A stretch of DNA of 64,000 nucleotides from Squalus acanthias (GCA_030390025.1 CM059432.1:49850001-49914000); one strand, 5' to 3'. Positions 23,794-36,340 are shown, counted from the first letter of the stretch. The notes: generated by a model not told the origin, from the letters alone. Program-made: numbers and translations.

Positions 23794-24989
23794 GTGGGAT
23801 AGGAAAGATCATCTTAGAGGCTGTAACAGACCTTATTGCGAATGAAACTGGGAGCTGGAAGGAAGCAAAGGCTCAGATCGAGAGGGGAACTAGCAAGTTA
23901 CAGGAAACTTGTGGAGGAGCAGGAGCCAGAGCTAGGAGAGGTGAAGAAGTGTGTGTTGCTGGGAGAGAGGCGTGAGGAGGGCCAGGGACTGCTGCTGGGA
24001 AGGAGTGGAATATACAGTTGACATAGTATACTATATATAGTTAACATTAAGTTATTTTGTATTGTTACTTAATTGGCTATATTTGTATTATTTAATGCAG
24101 TGTATTATAATTGTGTTGTGTTTGTAGTTTAATTTAAATTACTGTCCTTTTATTATAATTTATTGTGCTGCATTTGTATTAACATTTAATGCACTGTGTT
24201 TGTGCTATAATTAATTGCGTTGCTAGCATTATTATTCCATTGTGCGTCTTTAATTGATTTCTTTCCTGTTTTAAGGTGTTACAGTTCACACATTTTGATA
24301 CATGCCAGTGTATTTAATTTGAATTAAAATGACTTGTTTTATATATTTTATCAATGTTAAATGTTATTTATTTTATGATGAACCATGAGCTACCATAAGA
24401 ACTACTTAACGGTAGAAACATAAGCTAACAACATGAGAAGCCAGTGGAGTGCGAGAGGCCAGAAGAATGTGGATTTTACCCTCAGCGGCAGTGATTGGAA
24501 TAAGTATTGAAATTTGCACATATATATTGTGGCATTTTAAGTTTAAATTTATTTGAATTTATTTTAGCTGCCCAAAACTAGGAGCTGTTTAAAGTTGTTT
24601 ATTTGATGCCTCAAGGTACGCTGATTTGAGGCAGCAATAGGTGAATAATTGGTTACAAAAGAGGTGTTGACTAGTTGTTCTCTGATTGGTTGATTTTTTT
24701 CCTGTGGTAATGGGGCTATTGGGTAAGACCGTGTAAATCTGCAGAGTGTCTATTGAAACCACTGTGTCAGCCAATGAGTTGGAGGCGGGTGGGGCGGGAC
24801 TTACGGCAGGACTCAAACAAAGTCTATTTACTCGACAGAGTCTGTTTAAACCGCGCACTAAGTCTACAGGGGCTATTTAAATAGATTTTCTACAAAATAC
24901 AGCAAACAGAACTCATGACCGAAACTGCAGCCACTTCTCCTGATAAAAGCAGCTTGATTTCTCAAGCAAAATGCAGTGAGTGGAGGATA

Positions 24990-25331
24990 GTTACATGATA
25001 CAAATTGGTAAAACTACAGATGAACAGTGGGAGGTGTTCAAAAAAGAGTTTTGTTTAATACTGGACCAGTAAATACCTCTAAGGGCAAAAGTTGTACTTA
25101 CTAAAGGAAACAGCCATGGTTGACAAAAGAGGTGAGAGATAATATAAAACTAAAGGAAAGAGCATACAAGAGTGTAGATCCAGGGGACTGGGATAGATAT
25201 AAAGAACAGCAAAGGAAGACAAAACAGATAGTAAGAGCTGCAAAAAGGAATATGAAAAGAAACTTGCGAGGGATATCAAGATTAACACAAAAGTTTTTAC
25301 AATAATATTAGAAGAAAAAGGGTAGTCAAGG
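24990..25331 (+). mobile_element. Degraded CR1 ORF2 fragment
   Basis: PWLTKEVRDNIKLKERAYK; similar to 40620-40984. Confidence 0.75.
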
Positions 25332-25875
25332 TGTTAGAATATTTTAAAGTGGTTTAAATGGTCAAAGTATCCCAGTATGCTTTGCTTTAGCATTTTAGCC
25401 AGAGAGCGAATGTGGAGAAAAGTGGAAGCTTTTCATTTCTGCATGAACAAAGCGAGCTGAGCCATGAGAATCAGGCACCGAGATAAGAAGGTAGTTGCTA
25501 AGACACCACGTACCACAATAAAAGATATGAAAGCCTGGAAGACCACTTGGTCTACACATTTAAAGTATGTTAAACAAAGCATCTAAGGTAGCCAAATAGT
25601 ATAAGAATAGAACCTGTTCTCCCCAAAGGTTAGAGCACTCTTGAGAAAGTCGGAAGTCCATGCGTCTTAATGGTGACTCACGAAAGATAACAAGTTTGAT
25701 AAGCTTGAACGGGACATTTGTGGAAGAAACAGGTTGTATTAATTACTCACCATTTAATGTAATACTGTAGTCCAATTGTAGAAAACTAATACTGTTATCA
25801 GGCAATGTATATTAAAGCTTGTTGTTTAAAACCACTTGGGCCTAAATCATGGAAGTTATTGTTGCAGGACTAACA
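25332..25875 (+). mobile_element. Probable LTR, followed by leader/internal sequence up to ~27290
   Basis: TGTTAG...CTAACA termini and ATTAAA near 25810; no clear PBS or matching second LTR. Confidence 0.5.
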
Positions 25876-26376
25876 ACACTTTGTTACGACCGTAACCATG
25901 GGATAGCCACTAACATTGGCATCCCTGGGTGGGCTCGAGTTAAAGGCTTAAAAATAACAAGTGTTAATAGATTGGCCTGTTCCGACCTATGTTTCGGGGA
26001 GTGTTTGGTTGGCCGAGTTATGAATGGTAGCCAACCCCATAAGCAAACAAAAATCAGTAGGGGATATTTTGGTTGTGACCGAGTTATAGACGGCAGCCAA
26101 TCCCACCAGTAAAAGAAATAAGAACGACGTGTGCACTGGAGAATTAATGTTCTACAATTCACACATATGTGGAAAAATCATTAGGTTTGTGCATGCCCTT
26201 GATGGAGCAAACAGAAAACATAGAACAGCTAGGGGAGTTGGTTAAACCACTAACCAAAGAGAAGCGTTTAAAAAAGGGAAATTGGAAAGCTGTGGTTGTG
26301 CTCAGGACAGCAAATTATAAAACTAATAAGACAATTAGAAGCAGAGAGCAATTGCATCAAAAGTTTGAAAACCCAG

Positions 26377-27180
26377 GGGGCGATTTTACCAGCCCTGGGG
26401 AGGCGAGTATGGAGGTGGGACTGCCGGGAAAATGGCAGATTTTGGGGCGTGTGCCCAACCCGCCTCCAACCCACCTCCAACCCGCCTCCATGCCATCTTC
26501 CCAGGAGGCGGGTAGCCGTCCCGTGCCGGGTCCCGTCTCCTTGGAGGCGGGAAGGGATTAAAGCCTATTAACTGCCTGTTAACAGGTAGTTAACAGGCAG
26601 AAAATAGGATTATCCCCTTTTTGCCCTCAAAAGTGCGGGCTTCCCGAAGGCTCCAAAGCACGCCAGCTCAGCGAGGCGAGTACTGGGTCTGCGGGGGTCG
26701 GGGGGGGTGCAAAAGTGTGGTGTGAAGGTAAGTGATGGCTGTAAGAGTGTAGAGGTGAGTATCTGAGGTAAGTGCAAAGTGTTTTTAAAAGTGTACTTAC
26801 CTTTGTTTCTTCCTGCAGGCTTCAGTCGGTTTGTATGCGGAGACTCTCGGACCCCCGTGTTGCAGATGAGAGATGGCCGTTGATGAGGTCTTGTATGTAA
26901 GATCTCATCAAACTGCAGAGAATGTCACTGTTTGACAGCTTCACAGAGCTGTCAAATGATGACAATTCATCTGTCAAAATTTTTGACAGATGAAACATCA
27001 TACGTTGACGTGCTCTGCAATCAGCTTTCCCTTGATTGGCCTGCTAAGCCCGCTGGGTGGGCTTAACAAGGTCAATCAGGGGAAAATAGCGTGGGTAGGC
27101 CACAAATCGATGGAGGCAGGACATCGACCTGACAAGCAGCAGTCCCGCCTCCAACACGCCCCCATTCACAAAATTGCCCC
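26377..27180. mobile_element. Non-autonomous Harbinger-like element (MITE, ~800 bp)
   Basis: TIR GGGGCGATTTT / AAAATTGCCCC; flanks CAG/CTG (imperfect CWG-type TSD); GC-rich subtermini resembling family 3. Confidence 0.65.
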
Positions 27181-27290
27181 CTGTAAAGTTTCCAAAATTT
27201 GCAGATCCCCAAAAATCTAAGGGAAAAAATAAGGACTTTGGAACTTTAAAGGAACATGTCTGGACATGCACAGCATGTGGGATCAACCTC

Positions 27291-28200
27291 TGTAAATAGC
27301 AGTTTTGAGGATTGCATTGTCTGGGAATTCAAGCCCCAGCAAACATTAACATTTGGACAATAGGCCCTGGGAGAAGGTCGCCCCACCCAAAACACAGAAC
27401 CCATTAAAGGAAACACATAAAGATAGGAATGCTAGGCCCAGCAAGAAACCCAAAACATGAGGACAATGCAAACTTCAATAAAACAACAGATCGACAGGAC
27501 GCAAGCCATTTGACTCAGTAAAAAGCCATTACTGGTAACGAGGTTTTTCAATTGACCAGGATTTGATTTGGTTTAGCATAGTCGAAGGCCCATCAAAACT
27601 TAACAAGACAATGAACAGGCCTCACCTGAAACCAATCACTTCATCACAAAACCAGTTTTAGTGAGGAGTATTGGGTGCAAAAAGGACTATAATTGCAGCC
27701 TGACCCAAGACTCTTTCTCTTTTGGACTCGCCGACAATGCTGGAACAGCTCTCTCTCTCTCTCGCCGGACTCTCCTCTCAGCTCTGTCCAGAAGCAGCAT
27801 GTTAAAGGAAGACACTTGATGACCAGACCACCATCAACTTACCTGGCTGGATTTCGCACTGTTAAAACCCCTGTTTGGTGAGCATTATCCCTGATCTCCT
27901 GAAACCAAAACCTAGCTAGATAGTGGGATTTTTGGGAGGGATAAGGGTTTTTGTATATTGTCATTCTCCCTCACCTGTCACCATGTGTTCCCCAACCTGT
28001 TTAAGTGTGAAGTGTGTTTTAAGTTTGTTTCCTTTTACTTTTAATAAAAGCCAAAATTCTTTCATCGGTTCCTGTTGTCTACTGCATCTTTATTCACAAC
28101 CCCTAAATTAGTCCAAGTTTTGAACCTGGGCCGTGGGAGCGATTCAAACCGCTCACTGAGTCAGGGGTAAGGCTGACCCCTACCACTACCACCCCCTACA
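27291..28200 (+). mobile_element. Probable solo LTR (~910 bp)
   Basis: TGTA...TACA termini, TATA-like CTATAA near 27687 and AATAAA near 28043; flanks CCTC/CCCC. Confidence 0.55.
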
Positions 28201-28299
28201 CCCCCCCCCCCCCCAATTAGATCAAAAAAAACAAAGAAAGCACGACCTCAGCCATGTCAGTAGATTATCATCAAGCTGAGCAGGAGGGTTTAAATATAT

Positions 28300-28805
28300 T
28301 GTGGGAACACAAGGTAGCAGTAATGTAGGGCAGAGTATAAATCAGTAAATTAGAGGCACATGTAACAAGGATAATACAGTGATCATGGGGGACTTTAATC
28401 TACATATAGACTGGGCAAACCAAATTTGCAGTAATAGTGTGGAGGACAAATTCATGGAATGTATGCAAGATAGTTTTCTAGATCAGTATGTTGAGGAACC
28501 AACCAGGGAACCGGCTATTATAGATCTAATATTGTTCAATGAGAAAGGGTTAATTAATAACCTTGTAGTAAAGGGGCCTTTAGGGAAGAGTAACCATAAT
28601 ATGATAGAATTTTATATTGAGTTTGAAAGTGATTAGTTAAATCCGAAACTAGGGTCTTAAATCTGGACAAAGCAAACTATTGGCTGTGGAGGCTCAGTCA
28701 TTGACTATATTCAAGACAGAGATCGATAGATTTTTGAATATTAAGAGAATCAAGGGATATGGGGATAGTGCAGGAAAGTGGAGATGAGGTAGAAGATCAG
28801 CCATG
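28300..28805 (+). mobile_element. CR1 fragments (EN region joined to the 3' end)
   Basis: IMGDFNLHIDW...SNHNMIEF, then KGYG and the 3' UTR start GATCAGCCATG. Confidence 0.75.
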
Positions 28806-29885
28806 CAAAGCAACGTGCATGCAGTCAATGGCATCCTGCATCATGGGGAAGCCTGCAAACCTTGCAAATGCTTGTGATTGCTCTGCCTGCTTCTCTCTGG
28901 CAAGAGGGAATGAAATGGAGTTAGCTCTCTTTGAAAAGAAAGCCTCAGTGACTTCCCTTGTGCAACTTCAAGATGTTGCTAATATTTCAGCAGCAGTCTG
29001 GAAGGAGCCAGACACATAAAATCCATAGCCATAGTCACCTTCAGAACCACTGGCAATGTGGTCCTTGCCCTGCTCTGAGGCTGGAGTTGTGGCTGCAGCA
29101 ATTGGCAGATTTCAGTGACGATCTCCTTACTGAAGCGTAGACATCACAATATTGGTTGTTGCTGAAGTTCAGGTAGGAGAATTGCTCCCTGAACACCCTA
29201 GGTGGATATATGGCCTCCTGCTGAGAGCCCGTCTTCCCCTCTTCCTCCTCCCTCTTCTAGCAGCTTGTCCTGCTCTGCGCGGCCTCTGCTCATTCTCCCA
29301 GTCATGCTCAATTCCAAGAGGAAGGCCTACTAGTGCACCCATGCCTGGGAGCACCTGGTTTGTGCAGAAGTCTTGGGGGTAAAAATTCAGTTGGTTGCGC
29401 CTCCCGTTAGCGCCTTAAGAGGGCGCTAATGGGGCGCAAAGCCGCTAACGCCCGGGTGCAGCGATGTTTGTGCCGCTCGGGAACTTAACTAGAGATTGTG
29501 CGGCGGCGCTAAAACTTACCGCTGCGACCACCTGCGCGCGCAGATTGTGACGTCATTTCATGGTGCAACGCCCTTGTGGCGCCCCGGAGCGGAAATTGAG
29601 TGGCGCCCCCTGCCTTACCGCCTGGCGCTTCCAACGACCGGAAGACTGGAATGCTATCAATCGCTGTGGGGCTGCGGGGGCGCAATTTAAATGGGGCCTC
29701 TTCCTGTCTTTTTCTGTGGTCGACATTTTTGCACCACTCGTTCTGAGAGAGAGAGAGAGATTCGGAGAGAGAGAAAGAGAGACTTCTACATTGACTCAAC
29801 GCTTTGTGAGGTAGTTTTGCCTATTGATCCTAACTTCGCTGCTACTTTAGTTGCTGTCCTTCATTACTTTGCTTGCAAAGAGAAT

Positions 29886-31046
29886 ATGGGGGCTGCACTG
29901 ATTGGGGGCGTCGTCCTGCTCCAGCTGAATCGGAGGATACAGAGACGCAGAGAGAGAGTGGCAATGATGGCCAGACGGAGGAGGGCCATCAGGCGTATGT
30001 ACAGGAGAGCTTACCCTCCCAGGGTATATCGTGAACAGCTCTCCTACATCCATATGTCCGAGGAGCTGTGTTTGCGAAGGCTGCGATTCAGCAAGGAGGT
30101 GGTCACTGAGCTCTGCCACCTGCTGCAGCCAGATCTGCAGCCTCAACTGAGGTCCAGGACGTCTCTGTCGGTGGCAGTGAAGGTCACAGTGGCTTTGAAC
30201 TTTTACGCTACTGGCTCATTTCAAGCTGCTGCTGGGGATCTCGCCAATATCTCCCAGTTCGCGGTGCATTGCTGCATCCAGCAGGTCACAAATGCCCTCT
30301 TTAAAAGGAGACGAGAGTTCATCTCTTTCCCCATGACCCCAGACAAGCAGCGTGACCGCGCTCTGGGCTTTGCGAGGGTAGCGGGCTTCCCCATGGTGCA
30401 GGGCGCCATTGACTGCACGCATGTGGCTTTGTGTGCTCCACATGAGAATGCCGAGGAATTCCGGAACAGAAAGGGGTTCCATTCCTTGAATGTCCAGTTG
30501 GTCTGTGACCACAGACAGCTGATACTCGCTGTCAATGCCCACTATCCTGGCAGCTGCCACGATGCTTTTATCCTGCGCCAGACTACTGTGGCAGAAGTTT
30601 TCGAGGCACTGCATCAGCCAGTTGGTTGGCTTCTCGGGGACAAGGGGTATGCATTGAGCACCTGGCTGATGACACCGCTCCGTATGCCCAACACCCCTGC
30701 TGAGCTGCGGTACAATGAGAGCCATCAAGCTACCAGGAACGTAATTGAGCGCACAATCGGCGTGCTGAAGCAACGGTTCCGCTGTCTGGACCATTCTGGA
30801 GGAGCCCTGCAGTACTCGCCTGAGCGAGTATCGAACTTCGTAGTCGTGTGCTGCATGTTGCATAACATGGCAATCCTCAGGACCCAGCCAATGCCACCAG
30901 GCCTTGGAGCACCACCAGAGGAGGAGGAGGAAGAGGAGGAAGAGGACGAGGACGATGATCATCAGCAGCACCAAGGCGGGAGGGCGGCCCACAATGGTCA
31001 AACTGCAAGGGCCGTCCGTCAACGGCTAATAGCAAGCCGCTTCTAG
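29886..31046 (+). CDS. Harbinger DDE transposase, 386 aa, intact
   Basis: IDCTH, GDKGY and RNVIERTIG motifs; ATG chosen by homology. Confidence 0.95.
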   Translation: MGAALIGGVVLLQLNRRIQRRRERVAMMARRRRAIRRMYRRAYPPRVYREQLSYIHMSEELCLRRLRFSKEVVTELCHLLQPDLQPQLRSRTSLSVAVKVTVALNFYATGSFQAAAGDLANISQFAVHCCIQQVTNALFKRRREFISFPMTPDKQRDRALGFARVAGFPMVQGAIDCTHVALCAPHENAEEFRNRKGFHSLNVQLVCDHRQLILAVNAHYPGSCHDAFILRQTTVAEVFEALHQPVGWLLGDKGYALSTWLMTPLRMPNTPAELRYNESHQATRNVIERTIGVLKQRFRCLDHSGGALQYSPERVSNFVVVCCMLHNMAILRTQPMPPGLGAPPEEEEEEEEEDEDDDHQQHQGGRAAHNGQTARAVRQRLIASRF

Positions 31047-31340
31047 GGCCCCTGCCATTGCTAACAACATTAATGAACCCAGCACGCAACCCCTAAGCCG
31101 GCCAAGGCACCAATAATTCCAACCACCAACCATGTATATTTTGAATACAGAAACTTATTTATTTTACAAACTCTGTGTGTGTCAATTCCTCATGACAAAC
31201 TCATAGAAATAAACACAAAAAAACAGTCAATAACTTAACTGGTTCTCACAACCTGGAGATAATGTCCAAAACACTAAACAAAAGTTGGACCATGAACCTC
31301 GACCTTTAATAAAAAAATGACCAGCATTTTGTCACACCTC

Positions 31341-33269
31341 CTACTTTTTGCCCTTCGAGGGTGATCTCCTTCCCTTGCGCACTTCCCCCCTTCTAACCCT
31401 ACTGCTCCTCCGTAATGGGACCTCAGTGGCTGCAGCAAGGCTGGTGGAAGGCTGCTGCTCGTCAGACCCTGACACTGCAGATGCCCCTGAAGGACGGCCT
31501 CGACCACTTCTGGGCCTGGAGGGCCCGGCTGCAGACTGCACCAACTCTGCATGGGCGGCAGCAGTCTGTCCTACAGGCGGTGGCAAGTGCAGTGGAGAAG
31601 TGACAGTGTTGGCAGCAGGAATGCTGTCATCGTGAGAGAGGACAGCAACTCCCTGCTCGCCCGACACACTGGCACTCCCACGGGGCAGCACTTCAGCATC
31701 CGGAGCAATCTGCCGGAGAACAGATTGCTGGCCTGCTGCGGCGCGGTGACAGCCCCGGGGACATGTGCATGAACCATCGAGGTTGGCAGCAGTCTGTGCT
31801 CGCGTGGCCTCAATCTGAGTCTGTATGAGAGCAGTCAGAGATGGGATCACGGCAGCCAGTGACTGAATTGCAGCACTAAGCGTTAGTGTGGCATCCGCCT
31901 GTGCTACAGCGAAGTGCTCCACACTCCTTGCCAGTGACTCAATGCATTCGGGCACCCTTCCCACTGCACCCATGAGCTCAGTGTGCATGCCAACCGCCTG
32001 GGTGTTCATTTCTGCGATCAGCCGCTCCTCCTCTGCGTCCATTGCAGTAGGAGTGTCTGGCATACTCTCCCTCTGGGGAGAAGGCCCCCGTTCTTCCCTT
32101 ACCCCCATGGCGTTGCTGCAGCCCGCTGGGTCCTGGAGCTTCACCCTCATCAGACCCTTCCCCCCTGCTCCCCTCCAGGGAAGGCGTGTTCCCAGTGCGG
32201 GCATAGGCTTCCTCGGGAGAGGGTGGCACTGATGCTCCGGCTTCCTCTTCCTCCTCAGCTGCAGCATCACTCCCAGTGGCAGCTTCAGGGCCCGTCTCCT
32301 CAGCTGGTGAATCACCATCTGAAAGCAGGGAGGTACAAGAGTGGCTTTAGCGTGAGGACAGGGTGGCAGTAAGGGAGGAATAAGTGCAGCGAGTTAGCAA
32401 GTTGGATTGAAAGTGTCAAAGGCTGGTGTTGTGAGGGACAAGCGGAAGGACAGAGGACAAAAAGGTGATGACCTTACCATTGCTGTCCAGAACGGGGTTG
32501 GCGTCTCCAGTGGCGACGGGACCGATCACCCGGCTTGCCACAATCCTGTGGACGCGCTCCTCAAGATCGCTGAGGGGTTGCAGCTGAGGCCGCCCTCCAC
32601 CTGTCCGTTGCTGCTGTCTCCGATTATGCGCCAGCTTGGCCTGTAAGAAAAAGGACAGCATCTGAGTAAATATACAGCCATGGTCTTGCCTGATGTGCCT
32701 CCCATAGGTGAATAGCCCTTACTGTATGCAGCCATGGTCTTGCCTGATGTGCCTCCCTTAGGTGAATAGCCCTTACTGTATACAGCCATGGTCTTGCCTG
32801 ATGTGCCTCCCTTAGGTGAATAGCCCTTACTGTATACAGCCATGGTCTTGCCTGATGTGCCTCCCATAGGTGAATAGCCCTTACTGTATGCAAAGTGTGG
32901 AATGTGTGTGTGTGTTTGATGAAAGGGCCATAGGTGTTGGATGAGTGTTGTGCTTTGGGGTTTTAAGACCCTCTGGCCATAGAGTGAGGTTGAGATGGAG
33001 GGATGGAGAGGTATTGAGAAAAAGCCACTCACCCTGACGACCCGAGTGAGGTCGTTGAACTTTTTGCGGCATTGAGTATGGGTCCTGGGCACCATGCTCC
33101 TGGAGGAGACGCTCTGAGCCACCTCCCTCCACACTCTTCTGAACTCGCGTGGCAAAGGCCTCCTGCCACTCTCAGGGAAGAGCATACATCTTCTGCGCTC
33201 CACCGCGCCAACCAGAGCATCCAAGGCCCGCTCGGTGAAGCGATGAGCGCGTTCTCTCACCCTCTCCAT
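31341..33269 (-). pseudogene. Myb/SANT-like accessory gene of copy C (exons 33269-33033, 32640-32478, 32318-31341)
   Basis: Single +1 insertion near 32100 relative to copy A; otherwise open. Confidence 0.85.
32675..32890 (-). repeat. 54-bp tandem repeat x4 (intron 1, copy C)
   Basis: Seen directly. Confidence 0.95.
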
Positions 33270-34009
33270 GCTTGGCAGCAAAATGGATTCACAGGTCTCT
33301 CCAGGCCGAGATTCAAGGCTGCAATGAGCAGGGTGTGGCTGGGGAGCAAGTTGGCCCCCCCCGCTTTAAGAAGTGGCTGGCGCCAGTGTGTCTGTGTTCC
33401 CTCGCTAACTGGCAGCAGCTGCGCTGCGCTCGCGCGCTGAGTTAGCGCCTCACTCCTTGGCCTTTGCGCCTTAAGACAGGTGTGCAGCGCCTGATTTAGC
33501 GCTCTACTCACCTCCCAGGGCGGTAAAAGTGAAGTTTCCAGTCAGTGCCGATAATTAGCGCCAGGCGCTAATATTTGCGTCCAGACGATATTTGCGCCCC
33601 AAATGGGGCGCGACCTAATTTTTACCCCTTGTAGTCAGCAAAAAGTACTTCAACATCTGCCTCACCACTCCCTGTAGACTTTTGAATCTTAAACAACTGT
33701 GGAAAGCACCAAAAACATGTACAATTGTAGCAACAGCCAGAAGAAATAAACCAGCAACTAACCTGTAGATAGATGATGATCCCTTTAAGTAGCGCTGGTG
33801 GGAGGGTTCTTCATGCTTCTTAATGTTGTGTTCAGCTGTGCGAGGTTAAGAGAGGACGTTGGCAGGTGCATGGAGCTCCAAAATGGCATCGCTGGTGTCA
33901 AATCAGCGTTGTATGCTGGTTGACATCATGGTCTGCCTGCTCTGCATATTTCCGGCAGACATTAAGTGCGCTACCGACAAAAGGGCACTACCGAGCCCAA
34001 TTTAGCCTC

Positions 34010-34760
34010 ACTGTGTTTACAGATCATAAGCCTTTGATTGCTGTATTTTGCAAGCCAGGGTTTAAATCTTCTAGGATCCAGCACTGGTTGCTGAAAGTTC
34101 AGTCTCATGACATGATTGTTAACTGTCGTCCTGGATCTGATAATCCGGCTGACTACATGGCATGGCACCCAGATCTGGATGCTGTCACAATTCATTAATC
34201 AGAGAGAGTGAAGAAATGTATACACTTTATAGCTAAACATTCTACACCCAAGGCAATCACTCTAGCCGCTATCAAGCAAGCTACACAGAATGACCTTACA
34301 CTGCAAGCAACAAAACAGTGTTTACACATAAATCACAAGTTGAACGCAGACTAATGGCAGCGATGGTTGGTTCTCCATGAGCTATCTGCCACAGAATATG
34401 ATATCATCCTACACCACCAACGTACAGTCATTCCAACAGGGCTACAGGATTATAATACACCTTGTCCACTATGGCCATCAAGGGGCCAAACCAAAACCCT
34501 TCCAGACATGCACAATAAGTTAGAAAAAGCTTTTAAAATATATCTCACCTACGAGGTGACAGCTGTCAAACAAAAAACAACACCACCTACCATGTCATAT
34601 ATACCTGATTCTCAATGGCAGAGTTAGCATTGATTATTGTGGACTCTTTCAATCAAGAGAGTATCTCTTAATAGAGTTTGATGATTTCTCCGATTTCCAA
34701 ATCAACAGTGGTTAGAGCCACTATTCCATGATATTTGCAGTACAGAATTCCAGAGAGTCA
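34010..34760 (+). pseudogene. Gypsy-type LTR retrotransposon pol remnant (RNase H to integrase)
   Basis: TVFTDHKPL...RIQHWLLKVQ...RPGSDNPADYM motif; degraded downstream. Confidence 0.75.
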
Positions 34761-35799
34761 AACAGTGGAGAATTGGGTGGCACTGGCTTGGGACCTGGGT
34801 TCAAATCCAATCCAGACTAAGGGGATGAAATTCTCCTCCTCTGTCCTCTATAAAGGTCCTATGTTAATTAATCTGGACAGTCTCAATCCAGTTTCTCGTC
34901 AGTTAAGGACTATAGCAAAAGACTGCTCCTAATTTGACACTAATTGGCAAGTTCTCTGAGAGGTGTGGAAAATAGAAAAAAATGCAACACTGGCACAGTA
35001 GTGAGTTCCCCTCTGAGGCACATTGTTGAGACAGTGTAGAGGGAACTTTATTCTACATCTGGCTATGCTGTAACTGACCTGGGAGTGCTTGATACTGATA
35101 CTGACGTGCATGGAGTTAAAATCCTAGCAGCGAGCTACTCGGCTCATTCACGTCATCTTCGTGTCTGTCACCATTTTAACAGGGGCGGTTTGGTTAGCCA
35201 GCAAAGCCCTTGCTCCAGGCAGGCGAGGGCCTCATTGACATTCAAAATTCTGGGTCTGATGATGTAATTCAGACCTTGGCGACATTCTAACAGTGAGCAG
35301 CTTAGTTTGGCATCTGGTGCCAGCCTCTTCATGGCCTTTTCCCTCCATTCCCTAACCTCAGGGCCATTACCATCACTTTGGAGCCCTTAACTCCCAGCAC
35401 AATTGGCAGGCAGGGAAGGAGTTGCCAGCGGCAGTCTTGGTGGGAAATCCCAGTAGGGACAGTGAGGTGGCAGTAGGCCTCATACCTGAATTTTCTCTCA
35501 TTCTGTGCAGTGATTTCTCGGTGTCAAATTTTGTTTTATAACATTGCTGTGAAAGGCCTTGGGGCGTTTTACTACGTTAAAGATGCTATATAAATGGAAG
35601 TTGTTGTTGTTGTTGATTCCAGGTGGGATCACAGAGGAGAATCGAGTCTTGAATGTCAGTTTGACCACAGGGAGCATCACAGCCTGATTCTATCCTCGCC
35701 TAGCATCCTAATGTACTTTTCTACCAAGGATCACTAGATAGATATCAGGAATAGCAACAATGGCTGATTTATCCCCTTTTCAAGGCCAAAGAGTATTTA

Positions 35800-36200
35800 A
35801 TAAAGCATTTCACTTTCAAAATGAAGAAGTAGAACTAAGGCCAAAGGATGGAATTGGATTGTATATTGACTAGATGACAGCAAATAATGGACATTATGCA
35901 AAATGGGAAGGTATCACACAGGGGATTGCTTTCACACCCATTTGTAAGGGCAACATTTATAGATTTGCTAATGATACCAAATAGTGTAAAGATAGCTTTG
36001 GTCATGATGACCTGGAGAGACTCAGTAATTGGGCAGTGATTGGAAAGTTACATTTAATATGGATGTGCATATAACTGAAAACACATCAAATTATTTTAAG
36101 TGATGAATAATATGCCTTAATGAAGGATTTGGCAACGGTTGAGGATATTTTTGAAAATGTCTCTCCAGCATGCGACAATACTTAAAAAGACAAATATATG
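35800..36200 (+). mobile_element. Highly degraded CR1 RT fragment
   Basis: FANDTK-like and LERLSNWA-like remnants. Confidence 0.5.
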
Positions 36201-36206
36201 TTAGAA

Positions 36207-36340
36207 ATAAAAACAGAAAATGCTGTGAAACACTCAGCAGGTCAGGCAGCAGCTGTAGAGAGAAGCAGAATTAAGGTTTCAGGTCGATGACTTTCAAAGA
36301 TGTTGCCTGACTGGTTTTTATTTCAGAATTCCAGCCTTTG
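36207..36340. mobile_element. Penelope-like terminal fragment arranged as a short inverted repeat
   Basis: ATAAAAACAGAAAATGCTG...GTTTCAGGTCGATGAC followed by an inverted GCCTGACTG/TTTTTATTTC segment. Confidence 0.5.

Larger units (their letters stand above)
29376..33628. mobile_element. PIF/Harbinger family 1, copy C (4253 bp)
   Basis: Perfect 12-bp TIR GGGGTAAAAATT / AATTTTTACCCC; TSD TTG (29373-75, 33629-31). Confidence 0.95.
28806..34009 (-). mobile_element. Harbinger family 2 remnant (transposase 5' part and terminus) split by copy C
   Basis: 28806-29375 plus 33632-34009 align with ~61885-62690; GFPMMQDAIDCMHV motif; terminus AATTTAGCCTC at ~34009. Confidence 0.8.

Noticed and set aside
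24020..24560. AT-rich low-complexity tract
   Set aside because: No periodicity or structure that I can support.
29691..29885. N-terminal extension of the transposase to 451 aa (409 aa in B)
   Set aside because: Not conserved among copies; the homologous ATG gives 386 aa in all three.
31341..32318. 325-aa ORF as a stand-alone third gene
   Set aside because: It is exon 3 of the Myb-like gene; its first ~72 aa are in the wrong frame because of a +1 insertion.
14628..33628. Segmental duplication or assembly duplication of copies B and C
   Set aside because: Flanks, TSDs and array lengths differ, and there are scattered substitutions.
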